DNA from: Candidatus Eiseniibacteriota bacterium
GTDB taxonomy: Bacteria; Arandabacterota; Arandabacteria; Arandabacterales; Arandabacteraceae
Direction: 5' to 3'
NCBI GenBank assembly: GCA_043810925.1
Contig: JBDRNT010000008.1
Span: 1-49,724, forward strand
Length of the DNA stretch: 49,724 bases
The notes beneath the pieces were generated by a model. It was not told the DNA's origin. It saw only the letters and a program-made list of their open reading frames with translations, and ran no database searches. The position numbers and the translations under genes were made by a program. Below are positions 8,447-16,923 of this stretch, piece after piece. The first letter of the stretch is position 1, and each line of letters opens with the position of its first letter.

Positions 8447-10387
8447 CTATAGACGGGCAATGAGTCTACACTTCAAATCGTTGTACGTCGCACTTAGACC
8501 TTTATCACTCACGCGGTCGGATGTCAATCGGTTGACCGATCCTCCCAGGCGCTCCCACCATCCTTCGTATATCACAACCGTGTCCGGCCGCACTGCGTCG
8601 CTGATCACCGCGACACAGTCCAGTCGCCCCTGAGGTGTTTCCACCCCGACGTTGTCTCCGTCGCGAAGACCGTTGGTCTCTGCGGTCTCGCTTGAAATGT
8701 GAACGGCCGGGAGTCTGTGGCTGAAGCCGTCTGCCAGCTGCGAGTGCGATCGCTCCTTCGGATGCGGTGAGATAAGATGATAAGCGTAATCGTCAGGCTC
8801 GCCCATCTCCGGCCGGGCGATCTCACGGACGAACTCAAACCTCGATGATTCCGTGGGAAACTTGCCATCACTGAAGGGCACATCAACGGCACCGGCCGGT
8901 CTTACCGGACCCTCCATGATGGTATTGAGTGTGAGACCTTCACGCTTAAGTGGGGATATCAGGCTGTCAAGGTAGGGGTCGGGATCACCCCCGAACTCCT
9001 GCCCGAGACCAAGCCGTCCGGCAATGAGGCTGAAGATCTCAAGATCGGTTTTTTCCTCACCCAGTCTTGGCTGGGCAACGTTTACGGGCATCACGAAATT
9101 GTGCCAGTAACTGCCGACTATGTCACGTTCCTGGAGGAAATGGGTCGTCGGGAGCACCATGTCGGCGGCCTGCGCTGTGTCGGTCATGAACATATCGAGT
9201 ACCACGACGAAGTCAATTCCTGCGAAAGCCTTCCTCACCAGGTTGGTATTTGGACACTGATTGAGCGGGTTGGCACCGGAAACCACCGCCACCTCGATCG
9301 GCGGATCGGCGGCTTCGATGAGACCCTTTCCTGTCTCCGGTCTGGGGATTGCCCTGCTGATCCCGGCTCGCTCGACAAGCCGTACACGCTTGTCAAACCA
9401 CCTCATCTCATCCATGCCGTGATTTACGCCCCCGCCACGAACACCGATATTACCCGTCAGGGCCCCGAGCGCATCAAGCATGCGATAGGTCCGGGCGCCG
9501 TTACGCCTGCGCTGTATACCCCAGCCCCCCAGAATCGCCGCCGGTCTGGTAAGAGCATAGCGACTTGCTAACTCCGCAATTTTATGAGTAGTTACGCCTG
9601 TTACTTCAGAGCATGCATCAAGGTCAAGACGCTCAACCGCCGCAAGAAACCCGGCAGAGCCATTCGTGCACCGCCCGACGAAATCGCCGTCGATCAGGCC
9701 AAACCTCTCAAGTACTTTCGCCATCCCGGCCGCAAGCCACATATCGGTGCCGGGAACAAGCCCCACGTGCTCGTCCACCAGATCCGCGGTGGCCGTACGC
9801 ACGGGATCTATGAGGACCAGCCTGATGCCCCGGCGCTTCGCCTCCTTGAGGATCGGCACCAGGTGAACATTGGTCCATGCGGGATTCCGGCCCCAGATGA
9901 GGATCTGCCCGGAGTTGAGTAGATCAGAAGGATCGTGTGCCGTTCTCAGCCCGAAGTCGAGTGTCTGGCCGGCTATTCCCGCCCCACCGCAGAGCGAGCC
10001 CGTGGCGAACGTGGCACCCCCCAGAAGATTGAAGAGACGCTCGTTGACCGACTTAAGCGCCGCAAGCGATCCGCCGTCTTTATAGTAAAAGAGCGAGAGC
10101 GGTCCGAAGCGGCCGAGTGCCTGTTCGATCTTGCCTGCCACGACATCGGCTGCGTGGTCCCAGCTCACGCGTTTCCATACGGACCCTTGTTTAAGCAGGG
10201 GGTGAAGTATGCGTTCGGGGCTGAAGACGCGCTTGAGGAAACCCGCAGACTTGAGGCACAGGGAACCTCCCGTCAACTTGAAGTCGGGATTCCCCCTTAT
10301 CCCTTTGACCCTGTCCCCCGAGATCTTTGCAATGATCGAACACGTATCCGGGCAGTCACACGTACAGGATGTTATGACTTCCTTCAC
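8447..10387 (-). CDS. Molybdopterin (Mo/W-bisPGD, DMSO reductase family) oxidoreductase catalytic subunit with 4Fe-4S
   Basis: N-terminal CTCDCPDTC...GSLCLK 4Fe-4S motif, GSLCGGAG probable Cys metal ligand, WGRNP, DMFMTDTAQAADMVLP and a C-terminal dinucleotide-binding domain; no Tat signal. Confidence 0.92.
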   Translation of the reverse strand: MKEVITSCTCDCPDTCSIIAKISGDRVKGIRGNPDFKLTGGSLCLKSAGFLKRVFSPERILHPLLKQGSVWKRVSWDHAADVVAGKIEQALGRFGPLSLFYYKDGGSLAALKSVNERLFNLLGGATFATGSLCGGAGIAGQTLDFGLRTAHDPSDLLNSGQILIWGRNPAWTNVHLVPILKEAKRRGIRLVLIDPVRTATADLVDEHVGLVPGTDMWLAAGMAKVLERFGLIDGDFVGRCTNGSAGFLAAVERLDLDACSEVTGVTTHKIAELASRYALTRPAAILGGWGIQRRRNGARTYRMLDALGALTGNIGVRGGGVNHGMDEMRWFDKRVRLVERAGISRAIPRPETGKGLIEAADPPIEVAVVSGANPLNQCPNTNLVRKAFAGIDFVVVLDMFMTDTAQAADMVLPTTHFLQERDIVGSYWHNFVMPVNVAQPRLGEEKTDLEIFSLIAGRLGLGQEFGGDPDPYLDSLISPLKREGLTLNTIMEGPVRPAGAVDVPFSDGKFPTESSRFEFVREIARPEMGEPDDYAYHLISPHPKERSHSQLADGFSHRLPAVHISSETAETNGLRDGDNVGVETPQGRLDCVAVISDAVRPDTVVIYEGWWERLGGSVNRLTSDRVSDKGLSATYNDLKCRLIARL

Positions 10388-10558
10388 CTCTTCCTCCCGC
10401 CCGGAACCCCGGAAGACCCCCAGACCGCCGGGGCCAGACCCCCGGGATCAGGTCTTGAAATTAAGCCCTCCGGTGACACGGATTGCACATCGCTTCCCAT
10501 CCCCTTTTCGGGATTATCTTGAGTCGTAGGCAATCTAGTCAAGCTTCATCATGCGACC

Positions 10559-10587
10559 TTGACCTCGGATTTGTTTTGTTGTAGATT
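10559..10587 (+). promoter_or_regulatory. sigma-70-type promoter of malQ
   Basis: TTGACC, 17-nt spacer, TAGATT. A divergent TTGACT-N18-GATAAT on the minus strand (10542-10513) may serve the Mo enzyme. Confidence 0.5.
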
Positions 10588-10657
10588 CACCGCATCCTGG
10601 AACGGGTCAACATAGCGAATCGCCCCGGTACGTCATGTCAACCAGGGAAGGAGACAG

Positions 10658-12154
10658 ATGAGCTCACGGGGTAGCGGAATCCTCATGCATGTAACCTCTC
10701 TGCCGTCGGCATACGGCATAGGCGACCTCGGCCCGGCTGCATACAGGTTCGCCGATTTTCTGGCCGAGTCCGGGCAGCGTTTCTGGCAGGTCCTTCCGAT
10801 GAGCCCCACAAGTTTGATTCAGGGTAGTTCGCCGTATAGCAGCGTATCCGCGTTCGCGTGCAATCCGCTTCTGATCAGCCCTGAGTCGCTCAAGGAACGT
10901 GGCCTCCTTTCGGATTCGGACATCGAGCCGCTGCCCGATCTCCAGCAAGCCGGGATCGACTACGGAGCCGTCACGGCTTTTAAGACGCGCCTGCATGACG
11001 CTGCATACAGACGGTTCAGGGCGATTCAGGACAGAGGTGAATATGAAGGCTTCTGCTCTCAGAACTCCCATTGGCTGGGAGACTTCGCACTGTTTGCGGC
11101 GCTCAAAACACACTTCGAGGGAAAGACCTGGAACGAATGGCCGGATGAGTTCCGGGATAGAAACCCGGAAGCGCTGGATGAAATGAGATTTAAGCTCAGG
11201 GATGAGATGGAAAAGGAGCAGTTCATCCAGTTCGTTCTCTACAGGCAGTGGTTTGGACTCAAACGCTACTGCAATGACAAAGGTATTCAGATCATCGGCG
11301 ATATTCCCATCTATGTAAGCCTTGACAGTTCGGATGTCTGGGGCGATCGAGAGATCTTCAAACTTGATGATGCGGGGAAACCAACTTTTGTTGCCGGTGT
11401 TCCCCCCGACTACTTCAGCGTGACCGGCCAGCTCTGGGGAAATCCCGTCTACAACTGGGATCAGTGCAGACAGAACGGGTTCAGGTGGTGGCTTCGCAGG
11501 ATGGAGCACACGCTGAGTCTCTTTGACATCGTCAGGGTCGATCACATACGGGGTCTCGTTGCCTACTGGGAGATACCCGCCAAGGAGAAGACGGCAATCA
11601 ACGGCTGCTGGGTTGAGGTACCCTGGCGCGACTTCTTCGATGCCATGGTGAACCGGTTTCCCGAGCTCCCCATAATCGCCGAAGACCTTGGACTCATAAC
11701 GCCGGATGTCAAGGAGATGATGAAACGCTACGGTTTCCCGGGGATGAAGGTGCTTCTCTTCGCCTTCAATGATGACAATACAGACCATCCATACCGGCCT
11801 CACACCTACGAAAGCAACTGCGTGGTCTACACCGGGACCCATGACAACAACACGGTAAGAGGTTGGCTTGAGGGAGAAGCGCGGGAAGAGGACAAGCGGA
11901 GACTGTTTGCCTATGTCGGACGCGACGTCAATGCTGAAGAAATCAGCTGGGAACTGATCGATCTGGCCATGAAGTCCCATGCGGACATGGCCGTGTTCCC
12001 GATGCAGGACATTCTAGGACTGGGTGAAGATGCCCGCATGAACACACCCGCCGACGGCGAGGGCAACTGGGGCTGGCGCCTCTTGCCCGACCAGATTGAC
12101 CCCGATGTCACCTCCCGCCTCCTGGCCGCAACGCAGGCCTCCGGCCGTGTGTGA
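10658..12154 (+). CDS. malQ: 4-alpha-glucanotransferase (amylomaltase, GH77)
   Basis: GILMHVTSLP, GDIPIYV, AGVPPDYFSVTGQLWGNP, RVDHIRG, IIAEDLG, YTGTHDNNT, RMNTP...NWGWR. Confidence 0.97.
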   Translation: MSSRGSGILMHVTSLPSAYGIGDLGPAAYRFADFLAESGQRFWQVLPMSPTSLIQGSSPYSSVSAFACNPLLISPESLKERGLLSDSDIEPLPDLQQAGIDYGAVTAFKTRLHDAAYRRFRAIQDRGEYEGFCSQNSHWLGDFALFAALKTHFEGKTWNEWPDEFRDRNPEALDEMRFKLRDEMEKEQFIQFVLYRQWFGLKRYCNDKGIQIIGDIPIYVSLDSSDVWGDREIFKLDDAGKPTFVAGVPPDYFSVTGQLWGNPVYNWDQCRQNGFRWWLRRMEHTLSLFDIVRVDHIRGLVAYWEIPAKEKTAINGCWVEVPWRDFFDAMVNRFPELPIIAEDLGLITPDVKEMMKRYGFPGMKVLLFAFNDDNTDHPYRPHTYESNCVVYTGTHDNNTVRGWLEGEAREEDKRRLFAYVGRDVNAEEISWELIDLAMKSHADMAVFPMQDILGLGEDARMNTPADGEGNWGWRLLPDQIDPDVTSRLLAATQASGRV

Positions 12155-12176
12155 GCAGGTTCTCAAGCCGGAGTAC

Positions 12177-12416
12177 TCACTGCTTGTAGCGTGTGTGGAT
12201 CTCACATCTGATGGGGCAATTGCAGATAAAGGAATTCCCGAAACCCATGAGGTACGGACAGTGGCTTCCAGCGGGCTCACCGGCAATGAACGCTCCATTG
12301 CCTTCGAGCACTTCCTTTATCTCGCAGCCCACCGATCCGTTCCCCGCAAGACATTTGAAATCGAAGGGGCACGCCGTCGTACGCTTGCGTGTCTCTTCGC
12401 TCACTTCCCAGGGCAT
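12177..12416 (-). CDS. Small cysteine-rich hypothetical protein (79 aa)
   Basis: ATG 12416 behind GGAGG; MPWEVSEETRKRTTACPFDFKC...C...CPYLMGFGNSFICNCPIRCEIHTRY with 7 Cys. Confidence 0.7.
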   Translation of the reverse strand: MPWEVSEETRKRTTACPFDFKCLAGNGSVGCEIKEVLEGNGAFIAGEPAGSHCPYLMGFGNSFICNCPIRCEIHTRYKQ

Positions 12417-12530
12417 AAGCTCTGCCTCCAGTAGCTCCGAGTGCAGTATAGATGTAAGCCATCGGGCTTGCAAGTACTATTGTCCGGAAAATCCAGGGCA
12501 AAACGTGAGCCTTGGGGCAGGAGATTCTCT

Positions 12531-12968
12531 CTATATCGTAGTCAGCCTCTCGAGGATCTGTTCTACTGTATGAATGTGGGCTTCCTCTTCACGGGCCAGA
12601 GTTCTTAACTGGTCGCGCATTGACCTGGAGTGGACAAGACCGGCCGCCCGTTCGTGCAATTCCAGCGCCATCTTCTCTTTCTCAAGCTGGGTCCTCATGA
12701 TCGACTCCGGGTCCCGCTGTTCGGGGAAGGGCGCGAACGACCAGTCCGGCTCACCCCCAAGCTCCTTTATGGCATCAGCCACAACGTCGGCGTGATGAGT
12801 CGAGGCTTCACCAAGCTGCTGGACCAGTTTCCTCGTTTCCTCATCCGGTATGCTGTTAGCAATTCGCGGGTAGTGAATGATCAAAGAGTATTCCAGGCGA
12901 AGCGCCCGGTTGAGGACATCCAGCGCGGTCCGCGAACTTTGACCTGTGCTTGCTTGTGTGGTAGTCAT
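12531..12968 (-). CDS. Ferritin-like (bacterioferritin/rubrerythrin fold) protein
   Basis: ATG 12968 behind GGAGGT; LNRALRLEY...HHADVVADAIKELGGEP...EKEKMA...EEEAH four-helix pattern. Confidence 0.85.
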   Translation of the reverse strand: MTTTQASTGQSSRTALDVLNRALRLEYSLIIHYPRIANSIPDEETRKLVQQLGEASTHHADVVADAIKELGGEPDWSFAPFPEQRDPESIMRTQLEKEKMALELHERAAGLVHSRSMRDQLRTLAREEEAHIHTVEQILERLTTI

Positions 12969-13090
12969 GTGACACCTCCCAATAGGGATATCGGCCGATC
13001 CAGGTTGTCGCTTAAGTGCCATGTGAAGACGGGACTTCCTGAGGAGGACCGCATCTGATGTCTGAGTTGCCCTTCTTCGGCATAAGTGGG

Positions 13091-13166
13091 TGGTGGAGCT
13101 GACGGGGTTCGAACCCGTGACCCCTTGTCTGCCAGACAAGTGCTCTCCCAACTGAGCTACAGCCCC
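13091..13166 (-). tRNA. tRNA-Ala (GGC), CCA encoded
   Basis: GGGGCTGTAGCTCAGTTGGGAGAGCACTTGTCTGGCAGACAAGGGGTCACGGGTTCGAACCCCGTCAGCTCCACCA; G3-U70 pair, anticodon GGC. Confidence 0.98.
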
Positions 13167-13179
13167 AACCGTATAGAGT

Positions 13180-13207
13180 AATATAGCAGAGGCGCGTGCA
13201 ATGTCAA
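13180..13207 (-). promoter_or_regulatory. sigma-70 promoter of tRNA-Ala
   Basis: TTGACA, 16-nt spacer ending in TGn, TATATT. Confidence 0.6.
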
Positions 13208-13263
13208 CAGCAAAGGACGCGGAATGGGACGTGGAATGCCGGCCAACTTGGTTTGATACCGAC

Positions 13264-13302
13264 GGGGGTCAGTCACTCGCCTGCGGCGGTGAACAGACCC
13301 CC
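13264..13302. repeat. GC-rich hairpin GGGGGTC...GACCCCC between the divergent tRNA promoters
   Basis: Outer GGGGGTC/GACCCCC stem with inner TCAC/GTGA and CGC/GCG pairs. A 12-bp tandem GGACG(C/T)GGAATG x2 lies at 13215-13238. Confidence 0.5.
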
Positions 13303-13319
13303 TATCACCGACAGTTAAC

Positions 13320-13348
13320 TTGACAGGGTGCGGGGGCGACCATATTAT
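13320..13348 (+). promoter_or_regulatory. sigma-70 promoter of tRNA-Leu
   Basis: TTGACA, 17-nt spacer, TATTAT, 9 nt before the tRNA. Confidence 0.75.
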
Positions 13349-13357
13349 TGGATGGGT

Positions 13358-13443
13358 GCCGGAGTGGTGAAACTGGCAGACACAGCGGACTCAAAATCCG
13401 CCGGGCCTTACAGCTCATGTCGGTTCGAATCCGACCTCCGGCA
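13358..13443 (+). tRNA. tRNA-Leu (CAA), CCA not encoded
   Basis: GCCGGAG/CTCCGGC acceptor stem, GCGGA-CTCAAAA-TCCGC anticodon arm, long variable arm, GTCGG-TTCGAAT-CCGAC; followed by TAT, not CCA. Confidence 0.97.
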
Positions 13444-13460
13444 TATCTCATAGGAGGACC

Positions 13461-14540
13461 ATGATGGCAAAAGTGGCGGTGCTTAGAACCAGTCCTGAGT
13501 CGGTGCTGGAGGATGTATCCAGAGTCATGCACATGGCGGGATACCGTGAGGTCATCCGGCCCGAAAGTGAAATCGCTCTTAAGATAAACATCTCCTGGCA
13601 TGTCTGGTATCCCGCAACCTCCACTACCCCGTGGCAGCTTGAGGGCGTGATCAAGACCCTCCTCGATGACGGCTATCCCAAAGAGAAGATTTACGGCGCT
13701 CACAACCGAACGGTTGTCGTGAGCGCCCGTGAAGGTGAGATCGCCAACAAGCACAGGCCGGTACTGGAGAAGTACGACGTACGGAATATCCACCTCTACG
13801 AAGGTGAAGACTGGGTAACCTACGAGCCAAAGGCGAAGATGCTTGTGCTGGATTCCATATTCCCGGACGGGATCCAGATCCCCAAGCGCCTCATCGGTTC
13901 GAATATCATCCATCTCCCGACCATGAAAACACATGTTTTCACGACGATGACAGGCGCCATGAAGAATGCGTTCGGGGGACTCCTTCATGAGAAGCGACAC
14001 TGGACCCACTCTGTGATACACGAAACCCTGGTCGATCTTCTGACGATTCAGAAGGAAATCCATCCGGGTGTATTCGCGGTGATGGATGGTACGTTTGCCG
14101 GCGACGGGCCGGGCCCGCGCTGCATGGTTCCTCACGTAAAGGACCTGCTCCTGGCCTCAAGCGACCAGGTGGCAATAGACGCGATCGCAGCGAAGATGAT
14201 GGGTTTCGATCCTCTTAAGCTCGACTTCATCAGGATTGCCCATGAGAAAGGGCTCGGCGTCGGAGATCCGAAGGAGATCGAGATAGCAGGGGAGGACATC
14301 TCGGGCATCAACTTCCACTTCACCGGGGCTCAGAACACATTCGCAAGCAGGGGCCAGAAGGCGATCTACTGGGGGCCGCTCAAGCCCCTCGAGAAGGTCC
14401 TTCTCAGGACTGCGCTTACACCGTGGTCATACGCTGCGTCCAGACTCTACCATGATGTCTTCTGGTATAACGTGATAGGCAAAGGGCGGGTCAAGAAGGC
14501 TCTTGCCACCAAGTGGGGTAAGCTCTTCCTCAGTTATTAG
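13461..14540 (+). CDS. DUF362 domain-containing protein
   Basis: ALKINISW, TTPWQLEG, LPTMKTH..TTMTGAMKNAFG, DGTFAGDGPGP, SSDQVAIDA; AGGAGG SD. Confidence 0.85.
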   Translation: MMAKVAVLRTSPESVLEDVSRVMHMAGYREVIRPESEIALKINISWHVWYPATSTTPWQLEGVIKTLLDDGYPKEKIYGAHNRTVVVSAREGEIANKHRPVLEKYDVRNIHLYEGEDWVTYEPKAKMLVLDSIFPDGIQIPKRLIGSNIIHLPTMKTHVFTTMTGAMKNAFGGLLHEKRHWTHSVIHETLVDLLTIQKEIHPGVFAVMDGTFAGDGPGPRCMVPHVKDLLLASSDQVAIDAIAAKMMGFDPLKLDFIRIAHEKGLGVGDPKEIEIAGEDISGINFHFTGAQNTFASRGQKAIYWGPLKPLEKVLLRTALTPWSYAASRLYHDVFWYNVIGKGRVKKALATKWGKLFLSY

Positions 14541-14931
14541 GTTTTGACCGGAGATGACCGACCAGCGCATCCATCCCAAACATCACAGAAACCCTGTATT
14601 CCGCCTCGAGGTTTGCTTTGACATCGGGGGACATCGACCCGGTGAGCCGATCCCACATCTCCCCCACCTTGGCCTGAATACTGCCCCTCTCCGTCTCATG
14701 GCCCAGCGGATAGACCCAGATCCACTCCTTCCCGCTCATGTCATGATAGAGAAAAGGGAGTTCAACATGGAATTTGCCGCCGCACGACGGGCACTTGACG
14801 ATGTTCATCTCACCGTTGAGAATGGAGGTTTTGAGCTCGGGATTCGTGGTCACATTCGCACTCTGCCAGAGCCAGGCGCTGAAATGGTGCCCGCACGAAC
14901 AGGTAACATCCATGTCACCTCCAGCTGACAT
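14530..14931 (-). CDS. CpXC domain-containing protein (Zn-ribbon-like)
   Basis: TCSCGHHF...SAN...PELK..IL.GE.N...CPSCG...PFLYHD pattern; ATG 14931 behind AAGGAGG. Confidence 0.8.
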   Translation of the reverse strand: MSAGGDMDVTCSCGHHFSAWLWQSANVTTNPELKTSILNGEMNIVKCPSCGGKFHVELPFLYHDMSGKEWIWVYPLGHETERGSIQAKVGEMWDRLTGSMSPDVKANLEAEYRVSVMFGMDALVGHLRSKPNN

Positions 14932-15148
14932 CAGACCCTCCTTTCGGCTGTCGGGCACGTCCCGGATACACGATAAGCCGTAGGCCCCTCGTTTTCAAGG
15001 CGAACAATCTCCACCTGAGGTCGGGTATAAGCAACGGAGCGGCAGCGGAGGCATCAGGGCAGCGGGTCATGACAGCGGTATCAAACGTCTTGACATCGAG
15101 GTGCTAATCTGTGAGAATACTTTGGTCATCTTTGCCAAGGAGGAGAGA

Positions 15149-15937
15149 ATGAAGGTATTACTGCATGTTGTCCTGAGCGTCATCATCATCCTGGGTCTCT
15201 CAATCTCGGTTTTTGCCGATGATGAGACCGATAAGGAGCAAACCCCCACCGAGACTACCACCGAGAGCAAGGTAAAGCCGGCGACCGAGGCGGCTCCGAA
15301 GGAGATGGGCGTGACAAATCCCGGAGTTGTACTGGAAACCAACTACGGCAACATCACGCTCGAACTCTTTATGAAAGAGGCCCCCCTGTCGGTCGATAAC
15401 TTCCTGTCGTATGTCAGGGACGGGTTTTACGACGGTACGGACTTTCACAGAGTCATCAACGGCTTCGTGCTGCAGGCCGGCGGAATGAACAGCGACATGA
15501 AGCAGAAAGTCCAGAAGGAGCCGATAAAGAACGAAGCCGCGAACGGGCTTAAGAACGAGAAGTACACTCTGTCGATGGCGAGGACAAGCGCCATAAACAG
15601 CGGAACCTCCCACTTCTTCATAAACCTAAGAGACAATACATCGCTTGATCATTACCCGGCGGATCCCACGAAGTTCGGATATGCCGTCTTCGGTAAGGTC
15701 GCGGAGGGCATGGATGTTGTTGATAAGATCGCTCTCGTCGACGTTACCACCAAAGGCCGTCATGAGAATGTGCCGGTCAAACCTGTGACCATAAAGACAG
15801 CCAGGATCGTCGGTGAGAAGGTCGAAGAGGCCGAGGAAGTGAAGAAAGCCGTCGAGGAAAAGGCAGTTGAGCAGGCAGAACCGGAAGCGACAGAGAACGA
15901 GATCAAGAAGGAAGCCAAGAAGATCAAAGACGAGTAA
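15149..15937 (+). CDS. ppiA: Exported cyclophilin-type peptidyl-prolyl cis-trans isomerase
   Basis: Signal peptide MKVLLHVVLSVIIILGLSISVFA; FYDGTDFHRVINGFVLQAGG, LSMART, FFINL, YAVFGKV; charged C-terminal tail. TTGACA-N17-GAGAAT at 15090-15118. Confidence 0.93.
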   Translation: MKVLLHVVLSVIIILGLSISVFADDETDKEQTPTETTTESKVKPATEAAPKEMGVTNPGVVLETNYGNITLELFMKEAPLSVDNFLSYVRDGFYDGTDFHRVINGFVLQAGGMNSDMKQKVQKEPIKNEAANGLKNEKYTLSMARTSAINSGTSHFFINLRDNTSLDHYPADPTKFGYAVFGKVAEGMDVVDKIALVDVTTKGRHENVPVKPVTIKTARIVGEKVEEAEEVKKAVEEKAVEQAEPEATENEIKKEAKKIKDE

Positions 15938-15963
15938 CATCTTGCGTCGGTGGGAGGAAAGAA

Positions 15964-16923
15964 ATGGCGAAACCTAAAGTAGCGCTCTATTGGGCTGCGA
16001 GCTGCGGTGGTTGCGAAATAGCGGTGCTTGACATCGCTGAGCACATCCTTGACCTGGCCGCCGCCGTCGACATCGTTTTCTGGCCTGTGGCGATCGACAT
16101 CAAGTATAAGGATGTGGAGGCGATGGAAGACGGGTCGATCGACCTCTGTCTTTTTAACGGTGCTGTCAGGACATCGGAGAATGAACACGTTGCCAGGTTG
16201 CTCCGGAAGAAGACGAAGGTGATGGTCGCCTTCGGATCATGTGCGTGTGAAGGCTGTATTCCGGCGCTTGCGAACCAGTCCAACCGTGAAGAGATATTCG
16301 ACTACGCCTATTCGGCCACGCCGACGACCGTCAATCCCGAGAAGATAAGACCCCAGACTTCCTTTAAGGTGAAAGAGGGAGAACTAACGCTGCCTGTGTT
16401 CTATGATACCGTCAAGACGCTTGACCAGGTTGTGAAGGTCGAGTACTACGTTCCAGGGTGCCCACCCGTCGAGGAGCAGACCTGGGCGGTACTCCAGGCG
16501 GTGCTCAAGGGTGAACTTCCTGCTCCCGGATCGGTTGTGGGGGCAGGCACGACATCCCTGTGCGAAGAGTGTCCTCGAGAGCGGAAAGAGAAGAAGATTA
16601 AGAGGTTTTACCGGCCCTTCGAGATCGTACCCGATCCCGAGGCCTGCCTGCTCGATCAGGGTATCATCTGCTGCGGCGTCGCCACAAGGACGGGCTGTGG
16701 AGCCCAGTGTCCGAGTGTGAACATGCCGTGCAGGGGCTGCTACGGCCCCCCTGAGGGCGTCATTGACCAGGGTGCAAAACTGATCTCGGTGCTCGGTTCG
16801 ATCATAGACTCAAAAGACTCCGACGAGATAGCCAAGGTCTGCGCAACGGTGTTTGATCCGGCAGGGACAGCATACAGATTCGGATTTGCCAATTCCATTC
16901 TTCGAAGGAGCAGGTTGAAATGA
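15964..16923 (+). CDS. mvhG: Group 3c [NiFe]-hydrogenase small subunit
   Basis: WAASCGGCE, FGSCACEG, PGCPP, CEECPR, CLLDQGIICCG..TR.GCGAQCP...MPCRGCYGP; no Tat signal. Confidence 0.93.
   Translation: MAKPKVALYWAASCGGCEIAVLDIAEHILDLAAAVDIVFWPVAIDIKYKDVEAMEDGSIDLCLFNGAVRTSENEHVARLLRKKTKVMVAFGSCACEGCIPALANQSNREEIFDYAYSATPTTVNPEKIRPQTSFKVKEGELTLPVFYDTVKTLDQVVKVEYYVPGCPPVEEQTWAVLQAVLKGELPAPGSVVGAGTTSLCEECPRERKEKKIKRFYRPFEIVPDPEACLLDQGIICCGVATRTGCGAQCPSVNMPCRGCYGPPEGVIDQGAKLISVLGSIIDSKDSDEIAKVCATVFDPAGTAYRFGFANSILRRSRLK

Noticed and set aside
10390-10510. Moco/Wco riboswitch in the Mo-enzyme leader
   Set aside because: No consensus elements recognised; the region is better explained by GC-rich repeat remnants.
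10664-11980. 438-aa ORF antisense to malQ
   Set aside because: Mirror-frame shadow of a well-conserved gene in GC-rich DNA; no motifs.
13091-13115. tRNA-Ala 3' end as the attachment site of an integrated element
   Set aside because: No duplicated 3' end and no integrase seen in the window.
12969-13151. N-terminal extension of the ferritin-like ORF in the track
   Set aside because: Runs through tRNA-Ala; the real start is ATG 12968 with a GGAGGT SD.
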